A stretch of 64,000 nucleotides of DNA from Actinomycetota bacterium (GTDB lineage Bacteria; Actinomycetota; UBA4738). A program made the position numbers and the translations under genes. The notes beneath the pieces were generated by a model. That model was not told where the DNA came from. It saw nothing but the letters and a program-made list of their open reading frames with translations, and made no database searches. The stretch lies in assembly GCA_040414485.1 (NCBI GenBank), contig JBEDUK010000010.1, positions 30,147 through 94,146 on the forward strand. The letters run 5' to 3'. This document shows positions 37,945-47,093 of the stretch, piece by piece (within the stretch, counting starts at the first letter, position 1; each line of letters opens with the position of its first letter).

Positions 37945-39190
37945 AGAACGCCTCCGCCTTCATGAGCGACGCCACCAATGCATCCACCTCGTCGTGGGAG
38001 TTATACACGTAGAACGACGCACGGGCGGTCGCCGGAACCCCCAAGAGGCGCATCAGCGGCTGCGCGCAGTGGTGCCCGGCGCGGATGCAGACGCCGTCGG
38101 TGTCCAGGACCTGCGCCAGGTCGTGCGGATGGATGTCGCGGAACCAGAACGACACCGCGCCGCCGCGCTTCTCCACGTCGTGCGGGCCGAAAACGACCGC
38201 GCCGATCTCCTCCAGGCGCCGGGTCGCGTACGCGGTGATCTCCTTTTCGTGCTGCCGGACGTTCTCCATCCCCAGGTCCGTCAGGTAGCGCACCGCGGTC
38301 GCCAGGCCGACCTCCTCGGCGATGTTCATCGTTCCGGCTTCGAACTTCCAGGGGATCTCCTTGAACGTCGACTCCTCGAGCTCGACCCGCATGATCATCT
38401 CGCCGCCGCCCAGGAACGGGTCCATCTCCTCCAGGCGCTCGCGCTTGCCGTAGAGCCCACCGGAGGCGGTCGGTCCGAGCATCTTGTGGCCGCTGATCGT
38501 GAGGAAGTCGACGTCCAGCGCCGTGACGTCGACCGGCACGTGCGGCACCATCTGCGCGCCGTCGACCAGGATGGCCGCGCCCGCGGCGTGGGCGGCGTCG
38601 GCCAGCGTGCGGATCGGCGGCAGCGTGCCCAATACGTTCGACATGCCCGTGACGCACACCAAGCGGGTCCGTTCGTTGATCAGACCGTCCTCCAAATCCG
38701 TGAGGTCGATCGACCCGTCCTCGGCAAGGGGGATGAACCGGAGCTTCGCTCCGGTGGCCTGCGCCGCGAACTGCCACGGCACCAGGTTCGAATGGTGCTC
38801 GAGGACCGACAGCAGGATCTCGTCGCCCTCGCGGAGGATCTTCCGCGCGAAGCCGTACGAGACCAGGTTCGTCGACTCGGTCGTGCCGCGGGTGAAGATC
38901 ACCGTCGCGGGGTCCGGCGCGCCGATGAACCGCGCGAGCGTCGCCCGGGCGTCCTCGTACATGGCCGTGGCCTCTTCGGCCAGTGTGTACACGCCGCGGT
39001 GGATGTTCGCGTTGTGCCGCTCGTAGAAGTCGTTCACCGCGTCGAGCACCTGGCGCGGCTTCTGACTCGTGGCGGATGAGTCCAGGTACACGAGCGGCAC
39101 GGTCCCATCCGGCCCGACGCGCCGTTCCAGGATCGGGAAGTCCTTCCGGATCCGTTCGATGTCCAGGCTTCGGCTCACCGTCACGCTCAC
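37934..39190 (-). CDS. sufS: cysteine desulfurase SufS
   Basis: PLP-binding SGHKMLGPTASGGLYG and the active-site RAGHHCAQPL. Confidence 0.9.
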   Translation of the reverse strand: MSVTVSRSLDIERIRKDFPILERRVGPDGTVPLVYLDSSATSQKPRQVLDAVNDFYERHNANIHRGVYTLAEEATAMYEDARATLARFIGAPDPATVIFTRGTTESTNLVSYGFARKILREGDEILLSVLEHHSNLVPWQFAAQATGAKLRFIPLAEDGSIDLTDLEDGLINERTRLVCVTGMSNVLGTLPPIRTLADAAHAAGAAILVDGAQMVPHVPVDVTALDVDFLTISGHKMLGPTASGGLYGKRERLEEMDPFLGGGEMIMRVELEESTFKEIPWKFEAGTMNIAEEVGLATAVRYLTDLGMENVRQHEKEITAYATRRLEEIGAVVFGPHDVEKRGGAVSFWFRDIHPHDLAQVLDTDGVCIRAGHHCAQPLMRLLGVPATARASFYVYNSHDEVDALVASLMKAEAFFGA

Positions 39191-39202
39191 GGCCCCATCC
39201 TC

Positions 39203-40009
39203 CTACTGCTGCGGCTCCGCCTCCACGCCCAGTTCGGCCCGGAGACCCTCGTAGCCCTTCTGCTCCAGCTCGTGTGCCAGTTCCGGCCCGCCCGAGAGCA
39301 CGATCCGGCCGCTCATCATCACGTGGATGTGGTCCGGGGTGATGTAGTTCAGGATCCGCTGGTAGTGCGTGATGATCAGCACGCCCAGATCGGGCCCGAT
39401 CAGCCGGTCCACGCCCTGCGCCACGGCCTTGAGCGAGTCGATGTCCAGCCCGCTGTCGGTCTCGTCCAGGATCGCGATCGACGGCTCGAGCACCGCCAGT
39501 TGCAGGACCTCGTTCTTCTTCTTCTCCCCGCCGGAGAACCCCTGGTTGACGTAGCGGCGGACCATCTCGTCGTCCACGCCGAGCAGGTCCATCTTCTCCT
39601 TCATGAGCTTGCGGAACGCGAGCGCGCTGGTGGTCTCGCCCTTCACGGCGTTGTACGCCGTCCGGAGGAAGTTCACCACCGACACGCCCGGGATCTCGGT
39701 CGGGTACTGGAAGGCGAGGAACAGCCCCAGTTGCGCGCGCTTGTCCGGCGCCAGCGAGGTGATGTCCTCGCCACGGAACCGGATCTCGCCGGCCGTGACC
39801 TTGTAGGTGGGGCGGCCCATGAGGACGTTCGCCAGGGTGGACTTCCCCGACCCGTTCGGCCCCATCAGCGCGTGAACCTGCCCCTGTGTGATCGTCAGGT
39901 CGATCCCCTTCAGGATCTCCTTGCCCTCCACTTCCGCGTGGAGGCCGCGGATCTCCAGGGTCGCCGCACCCTCCTTCGTCTCGCGCATCGTCGCTTCGGT
40001 CGTCGCCAT
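39203..40009 (-). CDS. sufC: Fe-S cluster assembly ATPase SufC
   Basis: Walker A GPNGSGKST, ABC signature, and typical SufC length. Confidence 0.9.
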   Translation of the reverse strand: MATTEATMRETKEGAATLEIRGLHAEVEGKEILKGIDLTITQGQVHALMGPNGSGKSTLANVLMGRPTYKVTAGEIRFRGEDITSLAPDKRAQLGLFLAFQYPTEIPGVSVVNFLRTAYNAVKGETTSALAFRKLMKEKMDLLGVDDEMVRRYVNQGFSGGEKKKNEVLQLAVLEPSIAILDETDSGLDIDSLKAVAQGVDRLIGPDLGVLIITHYQRILNYITPDHIHVMMSGRIVLSGGPELAHELEQKGYEGLRAELGVEAEPQQ

Positions 40010-40018
40010 GTCTGTCGT

Positions 40019-40345
40019 CTACTCCTTGCCCATCTCGATCAGGATCGCGTCGCCTTCGACCTTCACCGGGAAGACCGGCACCGGCTTGGTGGCCGGCAGC
40101 GCCCTCGGCCGGCCCGTCTCCAGGTCGAACATCGAGCCGTGCTTCGGGCACTCGATCGTGCCGTCCTCTGCGTCCACCTCGCCGTCCGAGAGGTGGTAGT
40201 GCTCGTGGGAGCAGATGTCGCCAACCGCCCGGAACACGCCGTCGCCCAGGTTGACCAGCGCGACCTCGCTGCCGTCGACCAGCACGTGACGGGCCTCGCC
40301 CTCGGGGACGTCGCCCACCCGCGCCACCTCAACCAGGTCACCCAT
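40019..40345 (-). CDS. Rieske [2Fe-2S] ferredoxin (suf-associated)
   Basis: CSHEHYHL ... CPKHGSMFD is the Rieske CxH...CxxH motif. It lies between sufD and sufC. Confidence 0.8.
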   Translation of the reverse strand: MGDLVEVARVGDVPEGEARHVLVDGSEVALVNLGDGVFRAVGDICSHEHYHLSDGEVDAEDGTIECPKHGSMFDLETGRPRALPATKPVPVFPVKVEGDAILIEMGKE

Positions 40346-41693
40346 CGGCGGCCACCAGTTCCTCGGCGGACATGCCCGGGGTCGCGATCTCCGCGGCGAT
40401 GGCCTCCTCCACGCTCTGCTTGACCTCGGGGATCGTCACGCGGTCGAGCACCTCTTGGAAGAAGCCGAACACCACCAGGCGTTCGGCCTCCTCGTACGGG
40501 ATGCCACGGCTCTGGAGGTAGAAGATCGTCTCCTCCTCCACCGGCCCGACGCTGGCCGCGTGCCCGCAGCGCACCGGGTCGTTCGACAGGATCTCGAGGT
40601 TCGGGATCGAATCCGCCTTTGCCTGGTCGGAGAGCAGGATGTTCCGGTTCGTCTGGTACGCGTCGCACAGGTGCGCGCCGTGGCGCAGCACCACGGTCCC
40701 GCTGTAGATGGCCCGGGACGACCCCTTCAGGGCGCCCTTGTACAGCAGGTCCGACCGTGTCCGGGAGCCCACGTGGTCCTGGATCGAACGGAAGTCGAAG
40801 TGCTGCTTCCCGTGCCCGACGTACACGCCGAGCATCTCGGAGGCCCCGCCGTCGCCGAGGAGGAGGCTCTCCGACTCCATCCGCGACAGCGATCCGCCGA
40901 ACGCGACCGCCAGCGAGCTCAGCTCCGCGTCGCGGTCGATCTCCGCACGCTGGACCTGGAGGTGGATGACCCCGCTCCCCCAGTCCTGCAGCGTGACGTA
41001 GCGAAGCCGCGCGTTCGGCCCGGCGTAGATCTCGACGACCGCGTCGGACAGCACGCCCTCAAGGTCCGGCGACACGAAGCGGTCGATGAACGTCAATTCG
41101 GCGCCCTCGTCGAGCACGATGACGGTGTGGGGGAAGACGGCGAGGCCGTCGCGGTCCACATAGGTCACGGTCTGCAGCGGCAGGTCGACCTTCACGCCCG
41201 CGGGCACATGGACGAACGTCCCACCGCTCCGGAAGGCGGCATGCAGTGCGGCGAACCGCGAGCGGTCGGCCGGCACCGTCCCGTGGAGCCTGTCGGTCAG
41301 CAGGTCGGGCCGCGTCGCGGCCACGTGGTCGATGCTCGCGAAGGTCACGCCGTCCTTGCGCGCCTTCGGGTCCAAGTGCGCGGTGACGACGGTCGAGTTG
41401 TGCTGGATGGCCAGGCCGGAGCGCTCGCCGAGCGAGCCGGCGGCCTCCAGCAGCGTCGGGTCGACGCCGTCGAGGTTGTCGGCGGCCGGCTCGGGCAGAT
41501 AGGGGTCGAACGCCTCGAGGTCCAGTTCCCGCAGGTCGGTGTAGCGCCACTCCTCGGTCTCCGGCGAGGGCATCGGCGTGGTCTCGAAGATCTCGAACGC
41601 CTGCGCCCGGAGCCTGGCCAGGCCGTTGCCGCTCTGCTCGGCCAGGGCCGTCAGCGTGGTTCGATCGAATCCGTGCCTGGTGGTGTCGGCCAA
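40338..41693 (-). CDS. sufD: Fe-S cluster assembly protein SufD
   Basis: SufB/D beta-helix core (LLYKGALKGSSRAIYSGTV...) without the SufB Cys motif. Overlaps the Rieske gene start. Confidence 0.85.
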   Translation of the reverse strand: MADTTRHGFDRTTLTALAEQSGNGLARLRAQAFEIFETTPMPSPETEEWRYTDLRELDLEAFDPYLPEPAADNLDGVDPTLLEAAGSLGERSGLAIQHNSTVVTAHLDPKARKDGVTFASIDHVAATRPDLLTDRLHGTVPADRSRFAALHAAFRSGGTFVHVPAGVKVDLPLQTVTYVDRDGLAVFPHTVIVLDEGAELTFIDRFVSPDLEGVLSDAVVEIYAGPNARLRYVTLQDWGSGVIHLQVQRAEIDRDAELSSLAVAFGGSLSRMESESLLLGDGGASEMLGVYVGHGKQHFDFRSIQDHVGSRTRSDLLYKGALKGSSRAIYSGTVVLRHGAHLCDAYQTNRNILLSDQAKADSIPNLEILSNDPVRCGHAASVGPVEEETIFYLQSRGIPYEEAERLVVFGFFQEVLDRVTIPEVKQSVEEAIAAEIATPGMSAEELVAADG

Positions 41694-41929
41694 TGGATGC
41701 CTCGCTTGCCGTCGTCTCGGGCCGGCGCTCGAGCCGGCGCGATCGGTGGTCCTGCCTGCGGTGCGCCCCTCGCCCTCGCCCTCGCGCGGTTCCGCATCGA
41801 AATCCTATCAGCGAAGTAGGAATTAGCTCCCGCTCAGCGTCCACGGCTCCTCCGTGGAGGCGTCCGCTTGAACCGAACGCTCGCGAAGCGTCACACGGGT
41901 GGGGTCAAAGGGGTTATCAATTCGTGCTC

Positions 41930-42430
41930 ATGCAGCCCATCTCGACGTCGGCCGGCCCTCGAGCGGCGTTCGACGAGTTCTTCCACGACCACTACCTACC
42001 CCTCGCGAAGGCCATGTACCTGGTGACCGGGGATCGGGCAGACGGCGAGGACGTCGCCCAGGAGGCGATGGCGCGCGTCTACGAGAGATGGGACCGCGTC
42101 GCACGCATGGAATCGCCGAGCGGCTACCTGTACCGAACCGCCATCAACCTGCAGAGGAAGCGAGTCCGCTCGTCCAGGCGCCAGCGTCCGCTCCCCCTGC
42201 CCACCGGAGTCCCGGATCCGGCGGAGACGGTCGATCGACGGGAGCGGATCCGTGCGGCCATCGGGGCGCTCACGGCAGAGCAGCGTGAGGCGCTCATCCT
42301 GGTCGAGTTCCTCGGACTCGATTCGACGCAGGCGGCCGCCGCCCTCGGCACGTCGTCGGAGTCGGTTCGGGCTCGCCTGCATCGGGCGCGCACGACGTTG
42401 CGCGACCAGTTCGGAGGCAGCGATGTCTGA
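41930..42430 (+). CDS. ECF (sigma-70 family) RNA polymerase sigma factor
   Basis: Region 2 (FHDHYLPLAKAMYLVTGDRADGEDVAQEAMARVYERW ... LYRTAINLQRKR) and region 4 (LTAEQREALILVEFLGLDSTQAAAALG...). Confidence 0.75.
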   Translation: MQPISTSAGPRAAFDEFFHDHYLPLAKAMYLVTGDRADGEDVAQEAMARVYERWDRVARMESPSGYLYRTAINLQRKRVRSSRRQRPLPLPTGVPDPAETVDRRERIRAAIGALTAEQREALILVEFLGLDSTQAAAALGTSSESVRARLHRARTTLRDQFGGSDV

Positions 42431-43535
42431 TCTGCGCAGCCTCCTCGACGAGGCGTCGGCCGACCTCACGCCGGCGGGCGACGAATACGCCGCGACCATC
42501 GGGCTGGCGGCTCGCCGGACCCGGAGGGCACGGCGGCAGCGCCTCGTCGCCGCCGCGGTGGCGATCGTCATCGCGGCAGCCGGCATCTCGCTCGCCGTGG
42601 GCACATTCGGTCCGCGAGCAGGCCGTCCGGCGGGGCAACCGCCCTACGGCAACGGTCCCATCGGGTTCGTCGGCTTCACGTCGAACGCTCCGTTCGGCAT
42701 TACCGGCGACCTTTACACCGTGAACTCGGACGGCTCCGGACTGACGCGCCTGACCCGGTCCGGTGACGTGACGGTCGACGTCCACTTCTCGCCGGATGGC
42801 CGGAAGGTCCTGTCCGCGCGGAGCCCCGGAGAGGGCGATTGGACGATCGCCGTGATGAACGCCGACGGCTCGGACCGCCGGCAACTCACGGGTGGAGAGG
42901 CAGGATCAGCCTCGAGCGCAACGGACGAGTTCCCCTCCTGGATCGCCGGGGGCCGGATCGCGTTCGTCCGCAACACAGGCGGCCGGGCGGCGCAGGGCAT
43001 CTGGATCATGAACGCCGACGGATCGAGGGCGCGGCTCGTGACGCCCGGTTGGGTTCCATTCGAAGCGGCGTTCTCGCCGGACGGCTCGCGCGTCGCCTGG
43101 ATGGGCAACCGGCACACAGGCGCAGGCGAAGAGGACATCTTCGTGGCCGACCTCGACGGATCCCACCGCGCGCGGCTGACCCACGATCCGGGAACCGCCA
43201 TGATGCCGTCCTGGTCACCGGACGGGGCGAGGCTCGCCTTCGTCAACAGCGGAACGATCCAGGTCATCGATTCGGACGGTTCCGGCAGGCGAACGATCTA
43301 TCGATGCGACCGGCCGTGCGCCGGCGGCCAGTGGCCCACCTGGTCGCCGGATGGCCGGGAGATCGCGTTCACCGTCTCGTCGATGCAGCCCCCGTTCTCC
43401 CGCACGAAGTGGACCGATCTCTTCGTCGTTCGAACCGACGGCTCCGACCTGCATCGCGTGATCCGCCTGCCGTTCATCGCCTGCTGCCCCACCTGGCAGC
43501 CGATCGGGCCTGCCGGCGGCGACTCCGGACGCTAG
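42423..43535 (+). CDS. membrane-anchored TolB-like beta-propeller protein (putative anti-sigma / sensor partner of the ECF sigma factor)
   Basis: Start ATG overlaps the sigma-factor stop. One TM helix (LVAAAVAIVIAAAGISLAVG), then repeated PD40-like blades (FSPDGRKV, AFSPDGSRVAW, PSWSPDGARLAF, PTWSPDGREIAF). Confidence 0.7.
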   Translation: MSDLRSLLDEASADLTPAGDEYAATIGLAARRTRRARRQRLVAAAVAIVIAAAGISLAVGTFGPRAGRPAGQPPYGNGPIGFVGFTSNAPFGITGDLYTVNSDGSGLTRLTRSGDVTVDVHFSPDGRKVLSARSPGEGDWTIAVMNADGSDRRQLTGGEAGSASSATDEFPSWIAGGRIAFVRNTGGRAAQGIWIMNADGSRARLVTPGWVPFEAAFSPDGSRVAWMGNRHTGAGEEDIFVADLDGSHRARLTHDPGTAMMPSWSPDGARLAFVNSGTIQVIDSDGSGRRTIYRCDRPCAGGQWPTWSPDGREIAFTVSSMQPPFSRTKWTDLFVVRTDGSDLHRVIRLPFIACCPTWQPIGPAGGDSGR

Positions 43536-43536
43536 A

Positions 43537-44631
43537 TCAGGTGTTGCAGTACCCGGAGTCCGAGTGCCAGGGCGACCAGCCGTAGTGCGCGACCGTGTAG
43601 GCCGCGACCGCCACGTTCGCCTCCGCGTTGAACACGTCCGCCCCCTTCCAGCCGGCGTTCGACGAGAACCACGGCCAGAGGTTCGGCATGAACTGGTACA
43701 CGCCGGACGCTCCGCTGTACCTGTTCACGGCGGTCGGGATGTACCGGGATTCGCGCCAGCCGACGCAGAGCGCCGTCTCGAGGTCAGCCCGCCCGAGCGG
43801 CCCGAAGTAGTAGTGGATCAGGGCGACGACCTTCTTCGGCCCGCCGGGCGGCGGGGGCGGCGGACGGTAGTTCCCGTGCCCCGAATGGCGCAGCGCCTGT
43901 TCGGCGAGCTCACGCTGCCGCTTGTCGCGCAGCGACTTCAGCGTCGCCTGGAGCTTCGTCCGGTCAGCGTCGAGCTGTGCGACAACCGTCCGCTGCTTCT
44001 GGAACGCGACCGCGAGCGACGACGCGTCGGCCTCCATGTGGCCCTCTGCCGAACGACGTCTCGCCGAGAGCGCTTCCAGACCGGCCTCGACCCTCACCAG
44101 CTGCGACCGCGACTGGTCCACCGCGGCCGTGTCGGCGGAGATCTGTCCGGTTCCGGCGTTCAGGTCCGCGACCCGCTCGGCCATGTCGCCGAAAGAGGTC
44201 GACTCGAGCACGATCGCGAGATTGCCCGCCGGGCCCGTCATGTAGGCCTCGCGCGCCATCGCGTCGATCGCCGCCTGATGCGTGGCGACGGTCTGGGCGA
44301 GCTGACGCATACCCAACTGGGCGTTGACGATCTTCCCCTGGGTCGCTTCGATGCTGCGCCGGCCGGCGTCCACCTGTTCGAGCAGGGTCACCAGCTGCGC
44401 CTGCAACGCGTCTCGCTGCTTCGCGGCGGCGTTCACGCGCGCAACCAGCGCGCTGAAGTCCGACTGAGCCTTCCGCAGGTCCGAAGCGGTGTCCGCGCCG
44501 GCCGGCGACAGCGAGACGGTCGACACCGCAGCCAGAGCGAGCATGAACGAGGCGATCGACCGCGCGGAGCGAAGGCCCCGCCGGCCGTTCCGTGCCAGTC
44601 CGGTCGCGCGCGCGTTCTGCAGAATCGTCAA
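43537..44631 (-). CDS. secreted coiled-coil protein with C-terminal lytic-transglycosylase (SLT-like) domain
   Basis: Signal peptide, a long coiled-coil region, a PPPPPP linker, and a C-terminal CVGWRESRYIPTAVNRYSGASGVYQFMP region paralogous to the 8868..9272 gene. Confidence 0.7.
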   Translation of the reverse strand: MTILQNARATGLARNGRRGLRSARSIASFMLALAAVSTVSLSPAGADTASDLRKAQSDFSALVARVNAAAKQRDALQAQLVTLLEQVDAGRRSIEATQGKIVNAQLGMRQLAQTVATHQAAIDAMAREAYMTGPAGNLAIVLESTSFGDMAERVADLNAGTGQISADTAAVDQSRSQLVRVEAGLEALSARRRSAEGHMEADASSLAVAFQKQRTVVAQLDADRTKLQATLKSLRDKRQRELAEQALRHSGHGNYRPPPPPPGGPKKVVALIHYYFGPLGRADLETALCVGWRESRYIPTAVNRYSGASGVYQFMPNLWPWFSSNAGWKGADVFNAEANVAVAAYTVAHYGWSPWHSDSGYCNT

Positions 44632-44777
44632 CCTGCCTTACTTTTCAAATGGGCTCCGCGCGGGACGGCGCAGAAGCCTCGGAGAAGGGTTCGACTTCCG
44701 GCCCGCACGGCTTGACGCGGACGACCCCGAACCTTCGACCTAGGTCGGACGGACGACCCTGTAGGCTCGGATTCGAG

Positions 44778-46124
44778 ATGGAGGAGCCCGTGGACCGATC
44801 CGTGAAGGAACGCGTGCGTTCGCTCATGCCCGGCGTGCGCGCCGACCTCGAATCGCTGGTGCGCATCCCGTCGGTCGGCTTCGACGGATTCGATCCGACG
44901 CACGTTCGCGACTCCGCTGAGTTGACGCGCGACCTCCTGGAAGGCTGCGGCGCGACGGCCCGCCTGCTGGAGGCGGATGGTGCGCATCCGGCGGTCCTGG
45001 CTCATGTCGACGGGCCGGATGGGGCGCCGACCGTGCTTCTGTACGCCCATCACGACGTCCAACCGCCCGGCCCCGCCGAACTCTGGAGCGCCGGACCCTT
45101 CGAGCCCGTGGAGCGCGCGGGTCGCCTCTACGGGCGCGGCGTCTCCGACGACAAGGCGGGGATCGCGATGCACCTCGCAGCGCTTCGGGCCTGGGACGGC
45201 AAGCCCCCTGTGGGCGTCACGATCTTCGTCGAGGGCGAGGAGGAGTGCGGGTCATCGAACCTCGGGACGTTCCTGGCCGCGGCGCGGGACGAGCTCCAGG
45301 CGGACGTGGTGGTCCTGGCGGACGGTGGAACGTGGCGGACGGGCACGCCGGAACTGACGGGGTCGCTGCGCGGCGTGGTGGCGTGCTTCGTGGAGGTCCG
45401 GGTGCTGGATCACGCCGTGCACAGCGGCGGGTTCGGCGGCGTGTTCCCGGACGCCCTCATGGTGCTGTCCCGGATGCTGTCCACGCTGCACGACGACGAC
45501 GGCGACGTGGCCGTGGACGGTTTGGTCCGAGAGTCGGGGCCGGCCACGGACCTGACTGAAGCGGAGCTCCGGTCGTACACGGGCGCGCGACCGGGCGTGT
45601 CGCTGATCGGCAGCGGGTCGCTCGAGGAGCGGCTGTGGACGAAGCCGGCGATCTCGATCCTCGGTATCGACGCGCCGGCGACGTTCGAGGCTGCGAACCG
45701 GCTGGTCGCGTCGGCGCGGGCGAAGGTCAGCATGCGGATTCCGCCGGGGCAGGATCCGGCGGCGGCCATGTCGGCGTTGCAAGAGCACCTGCGGGCTCAT
45801 GTGCCGTGGGGCGCCGAGGTTTCGTTCAGCGGCGAGGACCTGGGCGCGCCGTACGTGCTGGCCTCGGACGGGCCGGCCTACGTCGCGATGCGGCGGGCGA
45901 TGCTGGAAGCGTTCGGCATTGATGCTGTGGCCGCTGGGAGCGGCGGTTCGATCCCGTTCGTGGCGGAGTTCGCGTCGTTGTTGCCGAACGCGGAGTTGAT
46001 GATCACCGGCGCGGGCGACCCGCAGTGCAACGCGCATGCGGAGGACGAGAGCCTGGACCTCGGCGACCTGGAGAAGGCGTGCCTGGCTGAGGCGCTGTTC
46101 TTGCGGTACCTCGCCGAAGGCTAG
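44778..46124 (+). CDS. M20-family dipeptidase (ArgE/DapE/CPG2-like)
   Basis: LLYAHHDVQPPG, RLYGRGVSDDKAG, and a GEEE metal-binding region. Paralogue of the 55568..56908 gene. Confidence 0.8.
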   Translation: MEEPVDRSVKERVRSLMPGVRADLESLVRIPSVGFDGFDPTHVRDSAELTRDLLEGCGATARLLEADGAHPAVLAHVDGPDGAPTVLLYAHHDVQPPGPAELWSAGPFEPVERAGRLYGRGVSDDKAGIAMHLAALRAWDGKPPVGVTIFVEGEEECGSSNLGTFLAAARDELQADVVVLADGGTWRTGTPELTGSLRGVVACFVEVRVLDHAVHSGGFGGVFPDALMVLSRMLSTLHDDDGDVAVDGLVRESGPATDLTEAELRSYTGARPGVSLIGSGSLEERLWTKPAISILGIDAPATFEAANRLVASARAKVSMRIPPGQDPAAAMSALQEHLRAHVPWGAEVSFSGEDLGAPYVLASDGPAYVAMRRAMLEAFGIDAVAAGSGGSIPFVAEFASLLPNAELMITGAGDPQCNAHAEDESLDLGDLEKACLAEALFLRYLAEG

Positions 46125-46570
46125 GGCGGCGGCGTTCCCCCGCCCGGCGGGGCGATCACGATCGTGCCCTTCATCCCCAGGTCGCGGTGATACGCGCAGT
46201 ACATGAAGTAGCGGCCGTTGCCGCCCAGCCGCGCTCCGATGTTGCGGATGACCAGCGACTTCCCCGGCGCGACGTTCGCCGAGTAACCGATCCCCGGGAT
46301 CGTCACGTTGTGGTCGTTCATGCCGTAGTTCGTGACGACGAGCGTCTCGTTCAGGGCGAGGTGTGGTGTGGGGTGGGCGTCGTGGAAGTGGTAGTCGACG
46401 GCGCTGACGACCCAGATGGGCGCGGCCGTCGCGGTTTCATCGTGACCAGAACTGGCGACCGTCGCGATCGCGATCGTGAGCGCGATGACGGCTCCGGTCC
46501 ATCGAATCACTGAGCCGCGTCTGCTGGGGTGGTTTGCCACGGCAGGCATTGTCTCGGATGGAACGAACAT
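46121..46570 (-). CDS. small membrane-anchored cupredoxin-like (type-1 copper) protein
   Basis: N-terminal hydrophobic anchor plus ligand pattern H...C-x-x-H-x-x-x-x-M (YHFHDAHP ... YCAYHRDLGM). Start ambiguous (46549 or 46570). Confidence 0.45.
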   Translation of the reverse strand: MFVPSETMPAVANHPSRRGSVIRWTGAVIALTIAIATVASSGHDETATAAPIWVVSAVDYHFHDAHPTPHLALNETLVVTNYGMNDHNVTIPGIGYSANVAPGKSLVIRNIGARLGGNGRYFMYCAYHRDLGMKGTIVIAPPGGGTPPP

Positions 46571-46628
46571 CCGTGTCTGACACCGGCTCGGCTGACGGTG
46601 GGTCAATCTCCCGTGCGACACTCGCATC

Positions 46629-47090
46629 GTGTTGTCCTTGAAGCTCGAACCATCCGAGTACGAAGCGCGAGTCGCTCACTACGTGAGCCGCGTGCTCGCG
46701 CCTGTGCAGCCCGGATCTCGGATTCCCGACTCGGATGACCTGGAAGAGCTCCTTTCTTGGCTCGAAGGGTTCGTCCAAGCCGCGCTGCCCTTGGCTTGCG
46801 GGGCCGCTACCATCCTCGATGGCATCGTTCCCGAGAGCGCGACGAAGCACAAATCGTCGACCGCGAAGATCCTCGGTCGGTGCTGGGTGCTTGGATCGCG
46901 CGGAGACGTGCAGCAGCCCATCTACTTGTCGATCCGCGCCCACGCGGACCTGGATCGGATCAAGCGACTCGAGTGCAGGTTCGGCGTGTCGGGCAACTCC
47001 AACCCGTCCGACAAGGTTTTGAACTCGCTGCTGCTCCCGGACGCGATCCATCGCATCGCGTGGGCCTGCGAGTTCACGGTCGACGGGTAA
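46629..47090 (+). CDS. hypothetical protein (low-GC orphan ORF)
   Basis: 153-aa ORF with visibly lower GC than its flanks, convergent with sufB. No recognisable domain. Confidence 0.35.
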   Translation: MLSLKLEPSEYEARVAHYVSRVLAPVQPGSRIPDSDDLEELLSWLEGFVQAALPLACGAATILDGIVPESATKHKSSTAKILGRCWVLGSRGDVQQPIYLSIRAHADLDRIKRLECRFGVSGNSNPSDKVLNSLLLPDAIHRIAWACEFTVDG

Positions 47091-47093
47091 CGC

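Noticed and set aside
38001-40151. 716-aa minus-strand ORF spanning sufS/sufC/Rieske in another frame
   Set aside because: GC-frame artefact. The real genes in that interval have strong family matches.
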